From contig JAEDNQ010000001.1 of NCBI GenBank assembly GCA_016302435.1, positions 1 through 49,732 of the forward strand: a stretch of DNA of 49,732 nt, in the 5' to 3' direction. Source of the DNA: Bacteroidaceae bacterium (GTDB lineage: Bacteria > Bacteroidota > Bacteroidia > Bacteroidales > Bacteroidaceae). A model generated the notes under the pieces. That model was not told where the DNA came from, did no database searches, and was given only the letters and a program-made list of their open reading frames with translations. Positions within the stretch are counted from its first letter, which is position 1; the number at the start of each line of letters is the position of its first letter. Positions 1 through 6,957 of this stretch are shown piece after piece. The position numbers were made by a program, and so were the translations under genes.

Positions 1-126
1 TGACAAAAATGAAAATTTCCACCGTTAAGTTTCAGTGGAACGTGGTTTGGCCTCCCTACGAGCGTGCCTGACTCTTCCAGCTAAGCCCGTGATGTGTTTC
101 AGTGGAACGTGGTTTGGCCTCCTTAC
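1..126. CRISPR. Edge of a CRISPR-like array (2 repeats, 1 full spacer, 1 truncated spacer)
   Basis: The 31-nt direct repeat GTTTCAGTGGAACGTGGTTTGGCCTCC(C/T)TAC occurs at 29-59 and 96-126, separated by a unique 36-nt spacer (60-95). Positions 1-28 are unique and fit the tail of another spacer. Only two repeats are visible because the window starts inside the array. No cas genes are in the window. Confidence 0.55.
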
Positions 127-136
127 TTGTGGATAT

Positions 137-177
137 ATAAAAAAGCCGCTCTGCAAAAATCCAGCATAAGCAGAGCG
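137..177 (-). terminator. Rho-independent terminator after the MFS transporter gene
   Basis: An 8-bp stem CGCTCTGC/GCAGAGCG (147-154 and 170-177) is followed on the minus strand by a T-run (complement of tataaaaaag at 137-146). Confidence 0.55.
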
Positions 178-252
178 ACCGAATATAATGAGATTAAAAA
201 AATAAGATTGAGATAAATTAGCTAAATATTAGCCGATTTGCTTTCTCTCTAT

Positions 253-1701
253 TTATTTAGTGATAGGCTTATACTTTGGCACGAGCGTCTTCATGATGGC
301 CCAGCCGATGAGGTATGCCACAGCGCAGTAGCAGAATACTATCATGTAGCCAGCAGGCTTGCCTGTCACACCGAAAAACTCGAAGGCTTCCCCCTGCTGT
401 TCGGCATAGGTGAAGAGTTTGCCCGAACCGAGGTTGATGGCGAAGCTGCACAGTCCACCAAATGTGGTGCCAATGCCTGTGATGGTGGCTATGGCGCTTT
501 TCGGGAACATGTCGCCGATGGTAGAGTAGAGATTGGCGGACCAAGCTTGATGGCCTGCACCTGCAAGTCCGATGATGACACATGGCCACCATGGAGAGTA
601 TTCAGCCAGAGGTTGGGCAAACATGGCGAAGATGGGCAGGAAGGCGAAGATGAGCATGGCTCTCATGCGTCCTGCATATGGGTCCATGTGCAGTTTGTTG
701 ATGAAGAGCTTGGGAAGGTAGCCTCCGTAGATGGAGATGACTGTGACGATGAGGTAGAGCACGAAGATGAGTGCTTGTCCCATACCTGTATTTGACTTGT
801 AGCCGAGTTCGCTGAAATATGCTGGAGCCCAGAAGAGGAAGAACCACCATACGCCGTCGGTCATGAGTTTGCCGGTGATGAAGGCCCATGTCTGGCGGTA
901 TTGGAAGCACTGCCAGAAGCTGAGCTGTATGCCCTCGTCCTGAGTGGCGGCAGCCTGCTCCTTCTCGGCGGTGAGGTCTGACTCTATGTAGGCGAGCTCA
1001 GCCTTATTGACATGCTTGCTCTGTCCTGGGGCGGAATACATGAAGAGCCATAGGCCTGCCCAGATGAATCCTACTGAACCGATGATGATGAATGCCATCT
1101 CCCAGCTTGTGTGCTCTGCCAGAACAGGTATGGTCAGAGGGGCTGCAAGAGCGCCTACCGATGCTCCCGTGTTGAATATGGATGTGGCGAGGGCACGGTC
1201 TTTCTTTGGGAAATATTCGGCTGTCACCTTGATGGCTGCTGGGAAGTTGCCCGATTCGCCCATGGCAAGAATGATGCGGCAAGCTAAGAAGAGCCATACG
1301 CTGAGTGTGCTGATGGCGAGTGCCATCTGGCTGCCTGCTTCTACGGCGCGCAGTTCTTCAATTGAACCGATGCCTTCCACTTGCATTGTCAGCCATCCGC
1401 AGCCTGCATGGAGACAAGCTCCGAGTGACCATATCACTATAGCCCAGATGTATCCTTTCTTTGTGCCCATCCAGTCGATGAACTTGCCTGCTACGAGTGA
1501 TATGACGGCATAGAAGATGGAAAAGACTGCTGTTATGATGCCGTAGTGTTCGTCTGTCCAGTGGAAGTCTACGGCTATGAAGTCCTTCCACGTCAACGAG
1601 AGTACCTGACGGTCCATGTAGTTGACCGTTGTCGCCAGGAACAGCATTGCGCATATCACCCAGCGATAGTTTGTCATTGATTGGTTTGTTGATGGTTTCA
1701 T
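253..1701 (-). CDS. MFS transporter, hexuronate (ExuT)-like ACS family
   Basis: Polytopic roughly 12-TM protein. Blocks such as TVNYMDRQVLS, AEYFPKKDRA and WEMAFIIIG..FIWAGLW resemble E. coli ExuT as I recall it. The start was moved to MKPSTNQSMTNYRW (cat at 1699-1701) because the track ORF start at 1881 overlaps folB. Confidence 0.8.
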   Translation of the reverse strand: MKPSTNQSMTNYRWVICAMLFLATTVNYMDRQVLSLTWKDFIAVDFHWTDEHYGIITAVFSIFYAVISLVAGKFIDWMGTKKGYIWAIVIWSLGACLHAGCGWLTMQVEGIGSIEELRAVEAGSQMALAISTLSVWLFLACRIILAMGESGNFPAAIKVTAEYFPKKDRALATSIFNTGASVGALAAPLTIPVLAEHTSWEMAFIIIGSVGFIWAGLWLFMYSAPGQSKHVNKAELAYIESDLTAEKEQAAATQDEGIQLSFWQCFQYRQTWAFITGKLMTDGVWWFFLFWAPAYFSELGYKSNTGMGQALIFVLYLIVTVISIYGGYLPKLFINKLHMDPYAGRMRAMLIFAFLPIFAMFAQPLAEYSPWWPCVIIGLAGAGHQAWSANLYSTIGDMFPKSAIATITGIGTTFGGLCSFAINLGSGKLFTYAEQQGEAFEFFGVTGKPAGYMIVFCYCAVAYLIGWAIMKTLVPKYKPITK

Positions 1702-1775
1702 TTTGGTTGTATTGGTTGTATTTATTAGATTTCTGACTGATTCACGAGTGGTCCTGCACGCTTGCTTCTCCACGC

Positions 1776-2168
1776 CTATTCTCTTGCCATGTACAGTTCC
1801 ACTCCTGCTCCTGAGCATTCTGCTCCCATTGGCGGATTCTCTTTCGTCATGCGTATGAGCACACTCTTGGATTTTGGGCATTCGTTGATGATGGCTTTCG
1901 CTATACGTCCAGCCGCATGTTCCAGGAGCTGTGAGCGCACAGCCATCTCTCTCTTGGCTATGTCGTAGAGAGTGGCATAGCTTATAGTGCCTTCGAGTAT
2001 GTCGTGGTCGACGGCTTCCCTTATGTCTGCCTCAACAATGAGGTCTATGGTGAAGTATGCGCCTACACGGCTTTCTTGTTCCATCACTCCGTGGCGGGCA
2101 AAGATGCGCAGTCCTTTGATGATGATTTTGTCTTGCATGGTGTCGTGTCCTTGGGCTTCTGTTCTCAT
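1776..2168 (-). CDS. folB: Dihydroneopterin aldolase
   Basis: About 120-130 aa with the typical FolB pattern IIIKGLRIFARHGVMEQESRVGAYFTIDL....YATLYD. The ATG at 2168 overlaps the upstream stop (ATGA). An alternative start is MQDKIII at 2138. Confidence 0.8.
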   Translation of the reverse strand: MRTEAQGHDTMQDKIIIKGLRIFARHGVMEQESRVGAYFTIDLIVEADIREAVDHDILEGTISYATLYDIAKREMAVRSQLLEHAAGRIAKAIINECPKSKSVLIRMTKENPPMGAECSGAGVELYMARE

Positions 2169-2821
2169 TTGGTGTTCTGAGCGTCTTCTTGATTCATCTC
2201 ATCTTCGGTGAGATACTTCCTCAGAGCGCGCGCCACGCCATTGGCCCAGGTGTTGATGTTCTCATTTTCTAACTGCAGGGAGCTGACAAGTTTTATCACA
2301 TTGGTCAGAGGCATGCGGTAGCGCAGCACTCCGCTGATGAGTTTGGCATAGTTCCAGTATTCCTTGTTGAAGCGCTCTGACAGCCCCTCGATGGTAGTCT
2401 TGTAGCCTTGGCGATTGGCATAGGTGAAGTCATAGCGTTTGCTGCCGTCTGACTCAAGACGCTTGATGATGTGTCCGCTGACTACATTCTTCGGTAGTGA
2501 AATGCCATCCTCGTCATCAAGCACGCCTGTGAATATCTCGTAGGGGTAACCGTCGAGCAGGCCCACAAAGGCCACCCACTTGTCTTTCTTGTTCTGAAAT
2601 CGAACCACATCACATTCCAGTGTCGTGGGACGCTTCTCTGTGATGTTGAACTGTGGGCGATATGTGTAGATGCTGTTCTCCACAAGGGTGAGGGCGTCGA
2701 TTAGTTCTTTGGAGTGCTCATTGCCTGTAACTGCATCTCTGATGGCCTTGAGCACCTTGTCCTCACCGAGTTCCCTGAGCTGCTGGAGTATTTCGAGCGA
2801 GAGTTGTTGTATGTTTGACAT
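2165..2821 (-). CDS. Hypothetical protein resembling only the C-terminal region of class II (B12-dependent) ribonucleotide reductase
   Basis: The blocks RP..LECDVV...W.AFVGLLDGYPYEIFTG and YAKLISGVLRYRMP...VIKLVSSL recall the RP..G.T.K...LYVT.N...G.PFEVF and A..RLIS.ALR.G.....II.QL blocks of NrdJ-type enzymes. No catalytic N-terminal domain lies upstream and there is no Cys-rich tail. Confidence 0.35.
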   Translation of the reverse strand: MSNIQQLSLEILQQLRELGEDKVLKAIRDAVTGNEHSKELIDALTLVENSIYTYRPQFNITEKRPTTLECDVVRFQNKKDKWVAFVGLLDGYPYEIFTGVLDDEDGISLPKNVVSGHIIKRLESDGSKRYDFTYANRQGYKTTIEGLSERFNKEYWNYAKLISGVLRYRMPLTNVIKLVSSLQLENENINTWANGVARALRKYLTEDEMNQEDAQNTK

Positions 2822-2880
2822 ATATGTGTTTTTTCCCTGTAATGCGTTGTTGTTTTTATAGAATATGTGTTAACTATCGA

Positions 2881-2888
2881 CAAAAGTA
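2881..2888 (-). promoter_or_regulatory. Candidate Bacteroidota -7 box (TACTTTTG)
   Basis: CAAAAGTA on the plus strand is TAnnTTTG on the minus strand. It lies 60 nt upstream of the start at 2821. Confidence 0.35.
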
Positions 2889-2932
2889 GTAAGGTTTTTT
2901 CATTTGACCAAACAAAATTATAAATAAATGAT

Positions 2933-2940
2933 TAACTTTG
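2933..2940 (+). promoter_or_regulatory. Candidate Bacteroidota -7 box (TAACTTTG)
   Basis: TAnnTTTG match 41 nt upstream of the nitroreductase ATG at 2981. Confidence 0.35.
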
Positions 2941-2980
2941 CCGATATTTTTCGAAAACCATCAAAAAACATACCGTATTT

Positions 2981-3718
2981 ATGACATCATTTGTTAATCG
3001 AAAGACTATACGCAAGTATAAGAAAGAGGACGTTCCTCAAGACAAGCTGGAGTCGCTCCTCTATCAGGCTTCACGTGCAGCAACCATGGGCAACATGCAG
3101 CTTTACAGTGTCGTCGTGACTCGTTCGGAGGAGATGAAGGAAAAGCTCTCGCCTCTCCATTTCGGACAGCCCATGGTTAAGGGAGCTCCCGTGGTGCTGA
3201 CTTTCTGTGCTGACTTCAATCGTTTCACTCAGTGGTGTGAGCAGCGTCAGGCTAATCCTGGATATGACAACTTCCTCTCCTTTATCAATGCTGCCAGTGA
3301 CACGCTCCTCTACGTGCAGGCTTTCTGCACACTGGCAGAGCAGGCTGGTTACGGCACATGTTATCTCGGCACAACGCTCTACAATCCTCAGGGCATCATT
3401 GATTTGCTCCGTCTGCCCCGACTGACATTCCCCGTGGCTACCATTACGCTTGGCGTGCCTGACGAAGACCCTGAGCAGACTGACCGTCTGCCACATCTGG
3501 CTTACCTCCACAGCGAGACCTACCGACCCTACACCGCTGGCGAGATAGACATCATATACTATTTCAAGGAGCAGATGGATGAAAACAAGCACTTTGTCGA
3601 AATAAACCATAAGGAAAACCTTGCTCAGGTCTTCACAGACTGCCGCTATACTCGAAAGGACAATGAGGCTATGTCGGCTGGACTGCTCGAAGCTCTCAAG
3701 CATCAGGGATTCCTCTGA
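2981..3718 (+). CDS. Nitroreductase-family NAD(P)H-flavin oxidoreductase (NfsA-like)
   Basis: N-terminus R.TIRKY......Q..L..L...A..A.T..N.Q.YS....., 245 aa, typical nitroreductase fold signature. Confidence 0.75.
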   Translation: MTSFVNRKTIRKYKKEDVPQDKLESLLYQASRAATMGNMQLYSVVVTRSEEMKEKLSPLHFGQPMVKGAPVVLTFCADFNRFTQWCEQRQANPGYDNFLSFINAASDTLLYVQAFCTLAEQAGYGTCYLGTTLYNPQGIIDLLRLPRLTFPVATITLGVPDEDPEQTDRLPHLAYLHSETYRPYTAGEIDIIYYFKEQMDENKHFVEINHKENLAQVFTDCRYTRKDNEAMSAGLLEALKHQGFL

Positions 3719-3783
3719 TGCTCCTACGTCTGGGGTAGAAAGGGACTGAAAAGCATTCGACCTTAAGGAAAATTCTATATAGG

Positions 3784-3828
3784 AAAGGGCAAAAGCATAA
3801 ACAGGATGTTTATATGCTTTTGCCCTTT
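3784..3828. terminator. Hairpin between convergent genes (possible bidirectional terminator)
   Basis: Perfect 16-bp stem AAAGGGCAAAAGCATA / TATGCTTTTGCCCTTT (3784-3799 and 3813-3828) with a 13-nt loop. The A/T runs sit at the stem ends. Confidence 0.5.
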
Positions 3829-3837
3829 ATGGTCCAT

Positions 3838-3981
3838 CAATTTTTTCTTCCCTTGAGAGCTTGTTCTATTTGAGTGCCAATTCTTTTTTGAACAATTGTT
3901 CGATTTGGAGTGCCAATTCTTTTTTGAGCAATTGTTCGATTTGGGGTGCCAATTCTTTTTTGAGCAATTGTTCGATTTGGG
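3838..3981. repeat. 36-bp tandem repeat: 3 near-identical units plus a degenerate flanking unit
   Basis: Units GTGCCAATTCTTTTTTGA(A/G)CAATTGTTCGATTTGG(A/G) at 3874-3909, 3910-3945 and 3946-3981. A degenerate unit lies at 3838-3873, and another runs into the 3' end of the CDS at 3986. Each unit carries the palindrome GAACAATTGTTC or a 1-mismatch version. Confidence 0.9.
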
Positions 3982-3985
3982 GTGT

Positions 3986-5365
3986 TTATTCTTCCTTGAG
4001 CACAATGACAAAGCGAGTGCCACGCTTGAATTCATCGTCTAAACGAAGTTCGCCACCCATCTTGCATGCCATGAGGTAGCATGTGGGGTAGGTGAGGCCA
4101 TCGCTTTCGGTTAGGTCGCTAACAGCTGCAAAGGGTTGGAATATTGAGACCTTTTTCTCGTCGGCTATCTTCAGTCCTACGGCTGTCACAAGCAGATGGC
4201 CCGTATGTGTATTGCGCTTCTTGAAATCCAGATTGATGCGCTCCAGTCCGTTGTCCTTTATTGCCTCGCCTACAAGCGTCATCACCAGGTTGCGCAGAGT
4301 TTCCTCGTTTGTCGGAAACTTTATAGGCTGGGCACTGCAGGTCACTTCCGTGCCTTCTTTCACCACTGTTCTGATTTCCTTTGCTATGTCTTCGCAGAAT
4401 TTGCCCATGTTGCTGTTAGTCAGTTCGAAGTGTTCATCGCGAGACTGCTCCAGAGCCATGAAGGTCTCTATGTGGCTTATATATTCCTTCAGAGCGTTCA
4501 GGTGGTTTCCTTTGTCACCTTTCTCGATGGCTTCGAGAGCTGGCATCATCTGAGCGCCGATATTGCGCAGAAACTCGCTCTTCTTCGTGTTGTTGTCATT
4601 AGCCATATTCAAACTGTTCTTCTGACGCTTTATCACTCTCATATTTCTTAACATCATGAAGATGAAGAACAGCAAGGCTGCAGCCAAGCCAACACCAACG
4701 ATGACCAGCGTTGTGATGACGCCACGCTGAGTGGAGATAGTGCTGTCTTTGCTTTCTATCTCTTCTTGCGCCTCTGCGTATTGGCTCTTTATGTCGCTGA
4801 GTTCGTTCGCTCTTCTCACATTCTCTATGGAGTCTGTCCAGTCTTCATACATCTTCCCCAAGAGGTTTGCCATCGGCATGTTTCTATCGCTCTTTGCCTG
4901 AGCTATCATCTTCTTGAAACATTCCTCTTTGCCCTTGTCATCCTTACCCTCTGCTCTCATGTCGAATATTTCCCTGTAACAGCTGTTGACCATCGGGGTA
5001 TTGTCCTGTATCTGCGCAAAGTAAGCCTTCTTCATGAGCATGTCCTCAATGACTTCTCCCTTCTTGCTGGCGCGCGCATAGTTCTCCATTAGTTCGAGCT
5101 GTGCCTTGCTCTCCGCCCACTTTTTCAGTCTGCTGTAAAGGCGGAAGCGTTCGCCTGCTACGAGATATTTCAGTTCGGGGTTTGTGCCTGCCTGGGCATC
5201 GAGTGCTCGGCATGTAGCGAAAGCCTCGCGCCATTCATGATTCTCTGACTGGGTTCTGCTTGTCTGCACACCTCTCTCTATCGTCTCTTTCAGTCCTTGG
5301 GCTGAAGCCACCATTGTGCTGCAAGCGAGCAGCATGGCCATCAGTATTGTTTTATTTGTTTTCAT
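3986..5365 (-). CDS. Degenerate sensor histidine kinase-like membrane protein (pseudo-kinase)
   Basis: Signal peptide, about 200-aa helical extracytoplasmic region, one TM (VITTLVIVGVGLAAALLFFIFMML), then HisKA/HATPase-like regions. The H-box reads SEFLRNIGAQMMPAL against canonical SEFLANMSHEIRTPL. The N-box reads LVGEAIK against LLSNAIK. The G-boxes are degenerate. Confidence 0.65.
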   Translation of the reverse strand: MKTNKTILMAMLLACSTMVASAQGLKETIERGVQTSRTQSENHEWREAFATCRALDAQAGTNPELKYLVAGERFRLYSRLKKWAESKAQLELMENYARASKKGEVIEDMLMKKAYFAQIQDNTPMVNSCYREIFDMRAEGKDDKGKEECFKKMIAQAKSDRNMPMANLLGKMYEDWTDSIENVRRANELSDIKSQYAEAQEEIESKDSTISTQRGVITTLVIVGVGLAAALLFFIFMMLRNMRVIKRQKNSLNMANDNNTKKSEFLRNIGAQMMPALEAIEKGDKGNHLNALKEYISHIETFMALEQSRDEHFELTNSNMGKFCEDIAKEIRTVVKEGTEVTCSAQPIKFPTNEETLRNLVMTLVGEAIKDNGLERINLDFKKRNTHTGHLLVTAVGLKIADEKKVSIFQPFAAVSDLTESDGLTYPTCYLMACKMGGELRLDDEFKRGTRFVIVLKEE

Positions 5366-5414
5366 GATTATGTTTCGCTGTAGTGTCTTTTATTGTTGAT
5401 TATGGAATTATTTG

Positions 5415-5422
5415 CAAATATA
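5415..5422 (-). promoter_or_regulatory. Candidate -7 box (TATATTTG)
   Basis: CAAATATA on the plus strand, 50 nt upstream of the start at 5365. Confidence 0.4.
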
Positions 5423-5526
5423 CATACTTTTGGCGAAACGCAAGTCATCATACTCGAAATAATATTGGTTGAAGTTCAAAAATTCTGTATATAGGTATGT
5501 AATGTACAGTATCTGCTGTACAAATA

Positions 5527-5563
5527 AAAGCAGCCACGTGACATTTGTTCATGTGGCTGCTTT
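5527..5563 (-). terminator. Terminator after the oad operon
   Basis: 14-bp stem AAAGCAGCCACGTG / CATGTGGCTGCTTT (one G-U pair) with a 9-nt loop and flanking T-rich sequence on the minus strand. Confidence 0.55.
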
Positions 5564-5606
5564 CTGTTACTATGTAGAAAATCTATCTTTTTGTATGGGC
5601 TGATTA

Positions 5607-6869
5607 TCAGATATTGAGATTTTGGAGGAATGAGATGAGCACTCCGGCTGCTACGGCTGAACCGATGACGCCTGACACGTTGGATGACATGCAGTAGTTG
5701 AGCACGTGGTTCTTGGGGTCGTATTTTGTTGCTATCTCATTGCATACGCGCGATGCCATTGGCACGGCTGAGAGACCTGTTGCACCGATGAGCGGATTGA
5801 TCTTCTTCTTAGAGAAGAGGTTGCATATCTTCACCATGCAGATTCCTGAGGCGATAGAGAGTCCGAAAGCGAAGAATCCGCCGACTACGATGCCTATGGT
5901 CTGCCAGTTGAGGAATGCCTGCACTGTCATTGTCGCTCCGACGCAGAGACCGAGGAAGACTGTGGCAGTGTTCATGATGGAGTTGGCGATGGTGTCAAAG
6001 AGACGAGCTGTGTCTGATCCAATCTCCTTGAGCAGGTTGCCGAACATGAGCATGCCTATGAGTGATACGGCTGACGGAACGAGGAGTGCCACTATTGTTG
6101 TCACGGCAATGGGGAAGATTATCTTGAGTACCTTCTCGTTCTTAATCTTCTGGCCTGAGGGGAAGAGCTTATCTTGCTCCTTCATGTTGATTTTGAGCTC
6201 CTTTTCTGAACAGAGCATCTTGACCACAAGGGGAATGATGACTGGCACAAGAGCCATGTATGAGTAGGCTGCTATTGCAATGGGGGCGAGGAGATGTGGT
6301 GCCAACTTGATAGTGGTGAAGATGGCTGTAGGTCCGTCGGCTCCGCCGATGATGCCAAGTGATGCTGCTTCCTTGATGTTGAAGGCTCCGCTTCCGATGG
6401 CTACGAGCAGTACGGTGAAGATACCGAGCTGTGCAGCTGCTCCGAAGATGGAGAGGCGCAGGTTGCGGAGCATTGGTCCGAAGTCTGTGAGCGCTCCTAC
6501 GCCCATGAAGATGATTGGCGGGAGGAAGCCTGTCTTGATGAGCATGTAGTAGAGGAAGTTCATGAGACCAAGCTCATGGGCTATCTCAGGAAGCGACATT
6601 TTCCAGATGTTCTCTGCTATGACGTTGCCAGCAGCATCTCTGATGCATCCTGCCTCGTCGGCCTGGTAGACTCCCATATCGCCGCCAGGGAAGTTGGCGA
6701 TGAGTACTCCGAAGGCTATCGGAATGAGGAGCAGTGGCTCGAAGTGCTTGACGATGCCGAGGTAGAGGAGCACGAAGGCAAGCAGATACATTATTATATA
6801 TTGACCATTAGAGGCGATGATGTCGCTAAACGCCGTCATGTGGTACAGGTTTTCGAGTATTTGTTCCAT
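5607..6869 (-). CDS. oadB: Sodium ion-translocating decarboxylase beta subunit
   Basis: 420-aa polytopic protein of the OadB/GcdB/MmdB type, last gene of the oadG-oadA-oadB arrangement. Confidence 0.85.
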   Translation of the reverse strand: MEQILENLYHMTAFSDIIASNGQYIIMYLLAFVLLYLGIVKHFEPLLLIPIAFGVLIANFPGGDMGVYQADEAGCIRDAAGNVIAENIWKMSLPEIAHELGLMNFLYYMLIKTGFLPPIIFMGVGALTDFGPMLRNLRLSIFGAAAQLGIFTVLLVAIGSGAFNIKEAASLGIIGGADGPTAIFTTIKLAPHLLAPIAIAAYSYMALVPVIIPLVVKMLCSEKELKINMKEQDKLFPSGQKIKNEKVLKIIFPIAVTTIVALLVPSAVSLIGMLMFGNLLKEIGSDTARLFDTIANSIMNTATVFLGLCVGATMTVQAFLNWQTIGIVVGGFFAFGLSIASGICMVKICNLFSKKKINPLIGATGLSAVPMASRVCNEIATKYDPKNHVLNYCMSSNVSGVIGSAVAAGVLISFLQNLNI

Positions 6870-6957
6870 TTATTATTTTTGTCTTTGTGAAGGAGGTGGG
6901 CTTCTGAAGAATGTTCCACCTTAAAAAATGGGGTTATTTTATGTGCACTCGTGCTTA

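Noticed and set aside
1702-1881. N-terminal extensions of track ORFs. The cases are the MFS gene to 1881, lysC to 46635, lysA to 45097, hisF to 48933, the small gene to 21545 and the beta-barrel gene from 39614.
   Set aside because: The extensions overlap neighbouring genes or repeats and lack similarity to the family N-termini. Internal ATGs give canonical N-termini.
3775-4079. Repeat-peptide ORFs (KSNNCSKKNWHP repeated on the minus strand and SANSFLSNCSIW repeated on the plus strand).
   Set aside because: They are open only because the 36-bp repeat is a multiple of three. They overlap the terminator hairpin and the end of a real gene, and I found no start context.
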